Below are positions 1 through 15,653 of a stretch of DNA of 64,000 bases, piece after piece. A program made the translations under genes and the position numbers. Below the pieces are notes generated by a model, which saw nothing but the letters and a program-made list of their open reading frames with translations, was not told the DNA's origin and searched no databases. The number at the start of each line of letters is the position of its first letter. The stretch's first letter is position 1. Source of the DNA: Calcarisporiella thermophila CBS 279.70 (lineage: Eukaryota; Fungi; Calcarisporiellomycota); assembly GCF_041956535.1 (NCBI RefSeq), contig NW_027192202.1:33259-97258 (forward strand), in the 5' to 3' direction.

Positions 1-119
1 TACCAGGGATAGTCCACTACACTAACCCTCCCCCTTATTAGTAAAAAAAAACTCAATATTTCGAATCTCAGAATTCTATAATATATACTTTTCCAAAACC
101 GACATCCTAACCTAATTAA

Positions 120-230
120 GCTCCCGTAGCTCAGTTGGTTAGAGCGTGATGCTTATGGGAGTTCGGATTGGTGGGAAAACACCTATTTGGAGTCACATCA
201 AAGTCGCGGGTTCGACTCCCGCCGGGAGCA
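120..230 (+). tRNA. tRNA-Ile (anticodon UAU) with 37-nt intron (158-194)
   Basis: Acceptor stem GCTCCCG/CGGGAGC plus discriminator A; D-arm TAGCTCAGTTGGTTAGAGC; anticodon stem TGATG/CATCA with TAT at 154-156; intron after position 37; T-loop GGTTCGACTC. Confidence 0.95.
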
Positions 231-235
231 TTTTT
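231..235 (+). terminator. Pol III oligo-dT terminator of the tRNA
   Basis: TTTTT immediately after the discriminator base, followed by a further T run. Confidence 0.8.
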
Positions 236-447
236 AGTTTTTTTTATTCGGAACATTTTCGCTAGATTTGAAGAGTTGTATATCATTTGTTTATTATTAA
301 AAAAGGCAGATATATCCAATAATGCAATGTAAACTATCAAATCATTGAAATACTAAACATTATAATAGCTTATTACTTTTAATAGCGCAACTATGTTCTC
401 ATTATGTATGCATTCAAAAGATTAATATGCAAATATACGTCTAATCA

Positions 448-1352
448 TTACTTTTCTTCTTCTTCGAGTAGCTGAGTCAGAGTGCCACTATCGCCTCCAC
501 TGTTTTGTGTCCGGTCCACATTGCCCTAATCAATAATAAAGGGCAAGAGTAAATCTCTATCTACCTGAGACTTGATTTTTTTTCAGATAATTTACCACCC
601 CGATTTGTTGATCGCCGCTCACCCTGTTACTCCCACCGATAGCAATACCCCGTTTGTTTTTAGGCTCTTTTAACTCAGCTATATTCTGGTTCATACTGCC
701 GCTAGCAATGCCGTGATTTTCAGTCTTGGAGATTTCATTCTGTAGTGCAAATTAGATTCGATTAGTGAACACCTTCACTATTGCTTAGTTTCTATTTAAA
801 CTTACCGTGCCAATTTGCTCATTGCCACCAACAAGATTATCGCCATTGAAGTTGATGCTGCGCTTTTTCTCTTCCACTGTGTTCAGGTTTTGGTTCAAGC
901 TTCCACTGCCTGTACCAGAGTTATTTGACTGGGCTATTTCGTTCTATTTGGTCAAAAATGATTTTTAGTATTCAAGTCTGTTTCTTTGAAGTGGCCCGCA
1001 TGCTTGACTTACGGAGGCAATTTGCTGGTCCCCACCAATCTTATTATCCCCATAGATACTAATACCGCGCTTGAAATTGAGACCTTTGTCACGCATATCT
1101 TGATTTAGACTGGTTCCAGTTCCACTGTTAGAGAGATTATTCTAAAAAATAAACAATTCGTTGTTAATCCAACGCTTCCTTCTGGCTTGAAAACACTCTT
1201 ATCCTTTTTTTACTTACAGAGCCGATCTGCGTGTTTCCAGCAATGTTGTTGGGACCCGCGATTTGAATACCGCGTTCAATTACTACCGGCGCCGGCAGGG
1301 CAGAAACACAGACAGCAGCAATGGAGATTCCAATAAAAGAGGTGAATTTCAT
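448..1352 (-). CDS. Secreted Kex2-processed repeat protein (207 aa, 5 exons: 1352-1218, 1141-1013, 943-806, 739-596, 525-448)
   Basis: Manual splicing at four GT..AG phase-0 introns gives an open frame: signal peptide MKFTSFIGISIAAVCVSA, then four repeats starting after ER/KR/KR/KR, ending LLEEEEK-stop. Confidence 0.9.
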
Positions 1353-1450
1353 GATGTATATGTGTTAATATTGAATGAATGTGCTGGGGAGAAAATCCTT
1401 AATGAAAGTTGATGTTGAATTAAAGGGATTCAGGTCAACTTTGAACGCCT

Positions 1451-1458
1451 TTATATAT
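1451..1458 (-). promoter_or_regulatory. Putative TATA box of the repeat-protein gene
   Basis: ATATATAA on the minus strand about 100 bp upstream of ATG 1352. Confidence 0.5.
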
Positions 1459-2503
1459 CTTTGCCTGATATCTTCCAGGTCAAGGCGAAGAGTTGGTTTT
1501 ATCCAATAGCTTCAAGAAACTCCAAGACATATTATGTTCTAGTGTTCCCCAAATTAAAGTCATATTTGTCGAAATCCCTCATGGTTTTCAATTTATTATC
1601 CGAGATCTACAATGATTGCCTAAAGATGGCAAAAATCGGAGGGGATATCACATGTGTGTATAAGCCACCTTGTTGGGACAAAGAGAGATTCGTTGCACTG
1701 GTAAAACTTAGCATGTGCCGTGGTGAAAAGGCAAGGCAGAAACGCGGCTAATCTTTACAAAAATAGAGGATCATGAAGGGAGTGTCCTTTATAGCATATT
1801 TAGAGCTGTTAGATCCTCCTATAGAAAAAAAACAACCCGAGCTATGAAACTGGCAGGGCTCAGTTAATTTTAATGGCAACCGAATACAGCCGAGGGCTTT
1901 CTAAAACTGGCACACACAATCAGTAGAATCTGGATGGTGCTTGATTCATTTATTCTGACTTGCTTCGAGTAAAAAGATTTCGCGATTTGAGGACGTACTA
2001 AGGATGCTATTAAAGTCCCTGAGTACAATGGTTTTAGTTTTTCATTATTTTTCTTCAGGTTCTTGACCTGAATGAGAAGATAACAATTGAGGTATAAACA
2101 TCATTAGACGTTATTGAATACGAGCTTTGCCATGGGAAAAAGTGCATTTCATATGATTTGGTTTCTCTGACTGATATCAGCGTGCAGTTCCTTAAAATAT
2201 TCTTCAACAGGAGTGCACTACCAATGATACTAGTTTTTGGAAAAACCAAAGAAATCATAACTCTCTTTTCCGTAGCAATTTTAATATGATATTATTAATG
2301 TAGAGCTTTGTTGAATTAGTATAAGTCTCTTCAACTCTTTGTGAATGACTAGTCAATAATGCCTACTTCAAAGGTTTAGACGCGATGGTATTGTTAAATA
2401 AGCAAACCAAATAGTTATGGTATTTGGGGTCTGTTGAATTGAGAGTAATACAGTAAAACACAAAATTATTAAAGTTTGTATATATATCTAGGTGTCTATT
2501 GCT

Positions 2504-3010
2504 CTATGAATGTGCCTGCTCAGCACTCATTGTATTTTCCCTAGCCTCGACTTTTGCCTCCCCATCACTCCATATCCGCTTGGTTTCTTGCTTTAATTCC
2601 CATAGTTGTCCCACTTGCTCATCGGATAGTTTCTCTATGACCTCTGGATCTATCTTACTGCCCAAAAATGAGCCCTCTCTCACCTGTGCCTCAAGCATCT
2701 GGGCGTACTCTAGCCAATGTGAGAGAAAACTATAGATATGAAGTGGATTGGTTACATCGCGATGTCGCCTAAATTCGTCCTTGACATATCCATCCCCCAT
2801 GTAACGGAACTCGGGTGGTAGTTGTCGATGTAGCCGTAAAATTCGGCGGTAGAGAGTAAGTGGGGCTAGCTCGGGTGGATTTTGACCGTCTTCATTGGGT
2901 AAATTTGGCGAAGATAGTAGAGAAGTGGTTGAAAAACTAGACCTCAACCAATTCAAGGTCCTCGGTGCAAGTTGCCAAACAGTAGATCTTGTAGCGATTA
3001 ATGTTTGCAT
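2504..3010 (-). CDS. SDH7: Succinate dehydrogenase assembly factor 3 (Acn9/Sdh7), LYR-motif mitochondrial protein
   Basis: LYRRILRLHRQLP..RYMGDGYVKDEFRRH and EKLSDEQVGQLWEL motifs; Ser/Thr/Arg-rich presequence; first ATG at 3010. Confidence 0.9.
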   Translation of the reverse strand: MQTLIATRSTVWQLAPRTLNWLRSSFSTTSLLSSPNLPNEDGQNPPELAPLTLYRRILRLHRQLPPEFRYMGDGYVKDEFRRHRDVTNPLHIYSFLSHWLEYAQMLEAQVREGSFLGSKIDPEVIEKLSDEQVGQLWELKQETKRIWSDGEAKVEARENTMSAEQAHS

Positions 3011-3171
3011 AGTATGTTCAATTAGCTGAATCCGATCCAAAGACCTTTAAACACACCTATTATCACTGAAATTAATCTGAAGTTTTGGCGCAGTTATTCA
3101 ATTTCGCTTGAGAGTCACGATCGCGTATTTTTTTTATCTTTGCGGACCACCATTAAACCCATTATTGGATT

Positions 3172-3891
3172 ATGTCTCCAACCTCCCTTCGCAATGGTTT
3201 CGCTCTTATAGCCGCTGCAACCGAAGAGCTAGGCATTGGACTAAATAATGACCTACCCTGGCGGTTACCTCGAGAAGTCGCTTATTTCGAGCGGGTCACA
3301 TCAAAGATCCCAGCGTCATTTCTTAAATCTACACCTGGACAAGAAGAAAATGCAAATGTCAAAAACGCGGTGATTATGGGGCGAAGAACATGGGAATCCA
3401 TTCCGAAACGATTACGGCCCCTGAAAAATAGATTCAACATTGTGATATCTCGCGATTCAAGCTATGCAAAGTAAGTTCATTATTATACTGAGACTCTATT
3501 TGTAAGCTGCAACCTCCTCCCCTTATTTTGCTGACAAAAATAATGTCTTCATAGAAACGAAATGCCTAATCCGGACATTTGTCATGTCACTTCACTCGAA
3601 CAAGCCCTTTCTGTTATCGACGAAACTCGCCATCCTCGTACATTTATTGTTGGAGGCAGTCAGATCTACGACATAGCTATGCGCTTACCCCTCTGCCACC
3701 ACATTCTTCTTACACGCATCTACGCAAAAATTCAGTGCGATACCTTCTTCCCGGTGGTGGATGAGGCCAAATATAAGCTTGCTTCGCATGAAGAGCTGGA
3801 GCAGTTTGTAGAGGATAGTGTACCTCGCGGTAGAGTGGAAGAGAAGGGGATTGAATATGAGTTCACTATGTACACAAGGGTCGCAGAATAA
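3172..3891 (+). CDS. DFR1: Dihydrofolate reductase (2 exons, intron 3471-3554)
   Basis: GIG.NNDLPWRL..EVAYF, NAVIMGRRTWESIP, RPLKNRFNIVISR, FIVGGSQIY and CDTFFP motifs; the intron restores the frame. Confidence 0.97.
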
Positions 3892-4302
3892 AGTAGTCTC
3901 GCTTATTGTTTATATTGAGGTTACTGCCAGTGTTTTATCTTTAGATATTTAGAAGTTTACAAACTCGACCATATTTGAGAACTCTATCCATCGAGGATAC
4001 TTGGACCTATGGCGAGCTCAGAATCGTGGCTTCTTGCACTCACAGTAAAAATGCTCTGCCCGACGCTAAACTTTTGGCGTATCCATCGGTATTTCGGCTA
4101 TTTGAAATGTAAAACGCATTTGCTAAATGCATGTGAGATACGATTTACTCTCTATATAAGTGAATAATAATGGTATATTCTTTGATGGGTGGACAAAATT
4201 ATAATACATACATGTATAAAGTGTACACATATTAGAGGAAATACAAATAAACAACATAGGTAGGCAAGGCCCTCTATAACCATAGTATATAGGAATAAAT
4301 AC

Positions 4303-8605
<4,303 letters not shown>

Positions 8606-9025
8606 CTTGCAGAATTACAATGGAAAAGAATGGACCTGCCACTTCCCCTCAAGTCATTTTCAAATTTCCCTAATTTTTTTTGCCACCGGTCACATTATAA
8701 GTCAGCTGGTTGCATTAAATTCGATCGACTTAGCCGGGACTGAGGAAATTCACTCCGCTCCTCCGTTAATCTTTTTCTTTGCCTGTCCGCTGATGCCGAT
8801 TACCGCAATTAAGGACGGGTTTAGGTCACTATTTCTAGGAGACCACGTTCAAGATGAATCTGATATTTGGCAGAGGAATAATCAAGAAGAGAATATGTAT
8901 AATGGGATTTTGTTTATATTAAATACATATCGACTGCTCCCCCTCCCAAAAAAAAATATACCAATAAGAGCATGCTACAATAGAATGAAGTTGCATTGAT
9001 TCAGCGTTTTATTTTTCTTTCGCTA

Positions 9026-10381
9026 TCAGAGATTGCGGATAATCTCGTTAGTGAAATCTGTATTGGAAGCCTTGCCGCCCAAGTCCCCAGTCAGTACCCG
9101 CTTTTCAGCAATGGTCTTGAGCACCGCGTTTTCTATGCGTTCGGCATGATGGTTGAGCCTCATGTGTCTAAGCATCATGATCGCCGACAAGAGCAGTGCA
9201 GTTGGGTTGGCCTTGTCCATGCCAGCAATGTCAGGGGCGGTTCCGTGGACCGCCTCGAAAATCGAAGCATCCTGTCCAATGTTGCCCGATGGAGTGAGGC
9301 CCAGCCCCCCGATCAATCCCGCACACATGTCAGACAAGATGTCACCATAGAGGTTAGGCATCACCATGACAGTGTCCTTGTAGAGGGATGGATCTTGCGA
9401 GATGTGAAGGCATGCGCGATCCAGAAGCACCTCGTCAAATTTGATCGCCGGGAAATCGCGAGAAACGCGTTCGCATGCGTCCAAGAACATTCCGTCCGAC
9501 ATGCGCATGATATTTGCTTTATGGACGGCCGTCACCCGCTCCCTCCCGATCTCTCTGGCGTAAGTGAAGGCGTAACGCGCTACACGCTCCGAAGCCTCTT
9601 GGGTGATCAGCTTAATTGACTGGACCACGCCATTGACGACCTCGTGCTCGATCCCAGAATACTCGCCCTCCGTATTCTCTCGGATGAGTACTGTGTCGAC
9701 GTTATCGTATAATGTCTTGAAGCCGACGATGGACTTGCATGGACGGACGTTGGCATAGAGATTGAACGTGCGGCGCAAAGTGAGGTTAAGGGAAACGTGC
9801 CCTTTACCAATGGGTGTTGCAAGCGGGCCTTTTAGGGCAACGGTGTTCTTTCGAACAGACTCAATCGCCTGCTCGGGTATAGTCGTTTTGCCATCAATAA
9901 TAACCGGCGTGACGTCCACTGGCTCCCAGTCAATTGGCACCTGATAAAATGACAATCGAAATTACTTTCAAATTTACGAAATAAAAATACATCGGGTAAC
10001 CTACATCGGCACTCTTGAAAATTTTGACAACTGATTTCGAAATCTCTGGACCAATACCATCTCCGCTAATAAGTGTAACCGCATAGTTTCCCTAAAAGAA
10101 AAATAGTCATGTTCATCGCGTTCACACCGATTATATATAGGTTAATACGTACATTGTCATTTTTTTGTCCCTTGAATGCCTCCGTCAGATCCTCGTTGTG
10201 TGAAGGGAATGCATCAGTAGCGGAAACAAATGCTCGGAATTGGTTCTAATCAATTTTGCAAGGCGCAATAAAGTCAGAGGACACTTCGAGCATATTGAGC
10301 TATTCAATATAGCCGAGGTTCACTTATGTTTACCCGAGGTCTCAAAGAGCGGAATGCAGCCGACGATCTAGCAAGAAACAT
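9026..10381 (-). CDS. IDH2: NAD-dependent isocitrate dehydrogenase catalytic subunit, mitochondrial
   Basis: [46 protein letters not shown] and [13 protein letters not shown] motifs; short 5' exons from ATG 10381 encode a presequence. Confidence 0.93.
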
Positions 10382-11940
10382 GTTTGCAAATGCAAGAATC
10401 CCTTTAGAAGGTAGGGGGAGTAGACTTACGATTCATTAACGTCATGAATGGTGGCTTATTAGATGCGATTGAATCCAAGCTTGCTACGGCATTCAGACTG
10501 AAGGGTTCTCATCCCCTCCAGACTGCAAAACCAGACATACAGAGATGATATTATATCTCCATACAGAGAAACCAAGCAACCTGTGCAACAGCGCCTTAGC
10601 ACGAGGCCCGAATGAAGGTGGCAGCATCGTCGCCATCTATACGCAAGGGTGCTTGATATAGGATAATTGAAGTCTTGGCTCGACTTCACCGCGTCTGCGA
10701 GATTTCTGGTGCACCCATCCGTATTTTGATCCCCCTCGCCAAGAGCGTTGAGCAAACTGGGCCATATCCCATTGGACAAAGACGCCTTCTTCCTTGTGCC
10801 CATAATAGGCCCTTCTTTGGCATCGCTTGATCTAGGTTTCAGATCCATTTGCACTAAGCCTCGAACAATAGAGTTCAATCTGGATTGAGAGCGTAAATGA
10901 TCCCATGATGCCTTAATCAATTCCGAACCTATTACCCAACATGGTTGCCAACAATATGGTTAGATGGGGTGCGACTGGCACAATAGATAGGAGCTCACGT
11001 GCCTCGACCATTTCAGGATATCGAGCTATCTATACCGAGTAAATATTCTCGCGAAACTCTTCATCTCCATGCACCAGCCGTCTGAAAAATCTTCCTGATA
11101 ACCTGCATTCAACCCCACCATGGCTGCCATCTCCCCGCCATGTTGAAGGTTGAGAGTAGGCGCAAGGGCACGATCACAGAATTCCATATTGTAACTGCTT
11201 CGACATCGAAGTATTACATAACAACGCTAATCAGGATGCTCGCTTGGTCGCGATTTTGGATAGGTTAGCCTTACGTCGCGTTGGCCCTTTGACTTTGCAT
11301 TCTCTCACTATGCAACTCTCTTTTCGCTATTCTAATCTGGTTGCGTAATGGAGCACAAAAAGATGTATATACAGCTGCAATGGTGCGGAGATAATGTTTT
11401 GCGTGGCACGGCGCACAAATCCCCCGCATCCACAGGCATTCAGAGCAGAGAGCCCTTGGGCAGACCTTGTCGGGAAATCCTTGCCCCCACCCCACCCCCC
11501 CCCATTAGAGACCTCCTCCTATAAGCCGGTAACGAAAGTTTAAACAATACCCCGTTATCAGCCCATCACTTTAAACTCCTAGGCTGGAGATAAGATACTA
11601 TCGTGCGGTGTGGGAAGCAATATCTTCAATAGTCGGGGGAATCAGATGCAGGATCCCCCTCGCCGTGACGACTTCCCTTGGTCCTCTTGTTCCCTATGGA
11701 GGATAGCAGCTCTCAGCTGTCACGCGAAACTGCTCGGCCTCGTTGAAGGGGAGTGCGAATTGCACTCCCATGAGAATAGAGTTTTACGCTAGCTGGGCAT
11801 TCAAGGTGGGAATAGGCGACGGCTGGAGTGAGAAGAGTACAGGTCTTGATAAGTTTCTGTATCCCGTGGTTAAGAAGATTTTTAAGGTTGTGGAGATGGT
11901 TCCATTTGTACACATGCCAGAAATTGGCCTGCGAATTTAA

Positions 11941-11948
11941 TATATAAA
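11941..11948 (+). promoter_or_regulatory. Putative TATA box of the MFS gene
   Basis: TATATAAA about 80 bp upstream of ATG 12022. Confidence 0.5.
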
Positions 11949-12021
11949 CTTGGTGATTCACGCCCCCCCCCCCCTTTTTTTCCCCACCATCCTTCCAGTT
12001 CAAATCAAAACACGGGAGAGA

Positions 12022-14093
12022 ATGAAAGATAGGGATGTGAAGGTGCCGAGCAACTTGGATGCTGGACAAAAGGTGGAAATCGATGAACAACAAAAGTTCG
12101 AACTGTTTGAGCTAGAAGCAGTCGAGAAACAGAACGTGTTCGATGAGGTCAAACTGAAGCGCATTCTGCGCAAGGTGGATGTGCGCATCATTCCGGTAAG
12201 TGACCCTATTCTGAGGCCATTGGTTCCAGGGCTGGATGCCAGCTCAAATCGTTGAACAATATGTTCGCTGTGATAACTGCGATCTTGCATGAGCATCTGC
12301 ATTAATTTTTTATGGCATTGTTTATGGTAGACTATGATGGTTCTGTATTTCCTGGCCTATCTTGATCGCTCCAATATTGGAAATGCTCGACTAGCCAACT
12401 ATGAGGCCGACTTGAACCTGAATGAAGACCACTTTTATTGGTCGTTGCAGGTGTTCTATTTTGGATGTGAGTTGCTTGATTTATCCCTTCTGCTTTTCTC
12501 AGCAAGACATCATCGCCTCGCTTTATTTAACTCTGCTTCTTGGATTGCTCGGATAGATTCTCTTTGCGAAATACCCGCCAACTACATGTTGAAGAAGCTC
12601 CGACCAAGCAGATGGATCGGCTTGATCATGCTTTTGTGGGGAATCACCTCGACTTGCCTTGCTGCCTGTTGGAATTTCGGTAGTCTCTTTTCCGCGCGAT
12701 TGTAAGTCCTGTTAATTCTGGACGGCTCTATAGCCATATTCCGGTAACTGGAAACTGCATCCAATCGATTAGGCTCCTTGGGATATTCGAAGCGGGTCTA
12801 TTCCCAGGAATAGTGTTCTGTAAGTATAAGCAATCCAATATTGGTATATATATAAAAAAACAACTCCCTTAATAAATGCATTTTTAATCAGACCTTAGCT
12901 TTTGGTATTCGAAAAAAGAAATGGCCTTTCGCATGGCCCTCTTCTATTCTGGCATGTCCATGTCCGGTCTCCTGGGCGGTCTTATTGCCTTTGGGGTAAT
13001 GAGAATCGAGGGCCATTTACGAGCTTGGCAGTATCTCTATATCATTGAAGGTGTTCCCACCATCCTCGTCGGGGCACTCACCTTTTTCCTCCTCCCAGAT
13101 TATCCTGAGACCGCCAAGTTTCTCACTGAAGAGGAGCGCAACTTTCTTGTGGCCCGACTGCGACATGAGAATAATTCAGACACTGGAACCGAGGTGCAGC
13201 ATGATCATCGCAAAATGATCCTCGAAGCGTTCAAAGAGCCTCGCACCTATTTGTTTGCTATTGCTTGCATTGCGTATTCCCTGCCCGGAGTCGCTCTCAA
13301 TTTGTTTCTCCCAACCATTGTCAAGGCCTTGGGGCATAGCGACGTCAAAGCACAGGCCATGGCTGCTGCTCCATATGCTCCGGCAGCGGTTTGCTCTGTT
13401 CTTTTTGCCTTCTTTTCGGACAAATTTACACAGCGTGCCTATTTCCTGATGCTGGTCGCAGGTTTGGCAGTCGTCGGCTTTTTGCTACAACTAGTGCTCG
13501 TCTCTCCAGATGCTCAAGTAAGTAGTTTCGGTGGTTGGTTTCCAAGCGTCCCGCTGAATCACTTTCGCCCCACCAATAGTATGGTGCTATGTTCCTAGTG
13601 GCCATTGGCCTATGGTCGATGGCGCCGTTATGTATGGCCTGGGTGGCGACCAATTTTGCCCCTGCAATGAAGCGTGGGATTGCAACGTGAGTATCCTTCA
13701 TCTCACTTATGATAATACTTATCTCTGAATGATGTATGACTTTCTATATTACTTTTTTTCGTTCATCCAGAGCATTTATCATCGCGTGTGGCAACCTTGT
13801 AAGCTCGTTTGGCTCCCAAATGTATCGCAATGACGATAAACCTCGCTTCGGTTAGTATGCATTGGATGGATCTCCCCCCCATTTTCAGAGCTCTCATTCC
13901 TTTCCATTGGATAGTGCGTGCCAATTCCATTAATTTAGCCATATGTGCAGTGCTCTTTATATCTTGTGGCATTTTGCGCTGGCACCTTGCAGCCGAGAAC
14001 AAGAAGCGCGACAAAATGCTGGCCGAAGGAAAATACGACCCCAATCGTACGGCGGATCATGACCGAGATCCAGTGTATCGGTTCACACTATAG
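12022..14093 (+). CDS. MFS transporter, anion:cation symporter (Dal5/Tna1 allantoate-nicotinate permease) family, multi-exon
   Basis: RKVDVRIIP..LYFLAYLDRSNIGNA, EIPANYMLKK.RPSRW, WQYLYIIEGVPTI and LPDYPETAKFLT motifs; exons join in frame. Confidence 0.93.
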
Positions 14094-14264
14094 AGCAAAG
14101 CAAGTAGGGATTCCAAGCTGATTTCGTGCTTTGAGAAATTAGGCGTTAGGGTCTTAGCAAATACACCATATAATAATTTAGCTTGTTCTATTTTTTTTTT
14201 TTTACATATGAATCTATAAACTTCGAGTATATATAAATAAATACAACATCTATCTATAACGAGG

Positions 14265-14678
14265 CTATGCCAACTCGCCATCATCGATCTTGTGACCCGC
14301 TTTAGTGAGAACTTCTCTGGCCTTGGTTACATTTTCGTTTTTAACGAGAACGTAATCGGTATCGAATGTACTGATAACGAAGAGAGGCACACGCGCATCC
14401 CGCAGTGGTTCCACCACCTTGGCAAGAATTCCAACTAAAGAGAAATCGAGTTGACCCATCGCGATTTTGAAGCCTCGAAATCCTTGCTCCACCTTGCGAT
14501 CCTGCGACCCAGGAAGAGATGGGAGGACATCGTCGAGGATGAGGAGAGAGAGCTCAGAAGGAGTTCGGGTTATGGAGTAGAATGAACATTTCTCGAGGAG
14601 TTTTGAATCGAGGGCATAGTTTGCCGGGTAGCGCACGACGGTGAACGTTTCGGGAAAAAGGGTCAGTTGAAGTGCCAT
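14265..14678 (-). CDS. Small intronless ACT-domain protein (ACT_7/CASTOR-GATS-like)
   Basis: FYSITRT.SELSL, LDFSLVGILAKVVEPL.DARVPLFVISTFDTDYVLV signature. Confidence 0.88.
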   Translation of the reverse strand: MALQLTLFPETFTVVRYPANYALDSKLLEKCSFYSITRTPSELSLLILDDVLPSLPGSQDRKVEQGFRGFKIAMGQLDFSLVGILAKVVEPLRDARVPLFVISTFDTDYVLVKNENVTKAREVLTKAGHKIDDGELA

Positions 14679-15653
14679 GAGTTAAGGAGTACTGAATAAT
14701 TTGAGAACGGGATGAGCTATTTTGATTTTTTTATACAACAAGTGAAATTAGACACGTCAATTCATGTCAGGATTAATTGAATTTTTGTCAATAAGATCGA
14801 GACTATCTAATTTTGCCTCTTCATCAATAAATACTTGCTTAGTTTTTCCAAAGGGATTTGTTAAAATAAACTGATAAAAAATGCATTTGTTTTCTCGAAG
14901 ATTCGGTTCAAATGGATCCCTTCCTATTTGGTTATGAAAGGGGGTTGAAGAACTAAGCAAATCTGACCGACTCGCTATTAGCGCGTTTCGGCGTTATCGC
15001 ACATTTTGGGGGAAGGAATCTATACTAGTCAGTAGTTCCGTTTAGAATCTTAACTGTCGAATGTCATCAAGCCCGCGTGAGTCCCTGGCAACCGAACAAC
15101 CCAGCATAGTCGTTTATCATTCGAGGGATGGCACCAGATAAAAGAGCGATTCGGGGCCATCGAGAACGAGTCACAAGATAAGGACGCATGAAAAGATGAA
15201 GCCCCCTCGCTGCCTATATGTGGCGAAATGGAAAGCAGCTTCAACCCCTTACCGCCGGGTGGGAGCCGAGCCCAATGCTCACCTGACGCCCATCCCTGCG
15301 CCTGCTTTCTATTCGACCGGGATTGTGAAATTGGAACCTCTTGCTCTGTCATCGGATAGCCTCGCGCTTTCCCAGCAAGGGTTTGCAATTTCTTGGCCTG
15401 TGTACACGGCAGGTTTCTCGACAAACTTTGCGCGCCTGTCTGGGCCGAAGTATAAGAAGCTTCGACACTTCAAGTTTTGTCAAATAAAGGCACCGGGCAA
15501 GGCGCCAATGAGCGATATAGCTCGGAGTACAAACCTAATTTCTAAAGATATCCGCGTGAATTTTACACAATCCAACGGTGGGCTCGTACGCGGTGCTTAG
15601 GAGCGAGCCATTCCATAGACCTTGCTGCCACAAGAACAGGTTCGCACACCAAC

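Noticed and set aside
131-340. 69-aa minus-strand ORF
   Set aside because: Antisense to the tRNA gene and its AT-rich flank; not a plausible protein
10459-10920. 153-aa ORF upstream of IDH2
   Set aside because: Non-ATG start, no motif, no splice link to IDH2
13687-13700. GTATCCTT, resembling a U12 (minor) intron donor in the MFS gene
   Set aside because: Using it would place an in-frame TGA in the exon; the upstream GTGAGT U2 donor gives the correct frame
13799-13851. GTAAGC apparent intron donor in the MFS gene
   Set aside because: Reads in frame as the expected VSSFGSQMYRNDDKPRF segment, so it is exon
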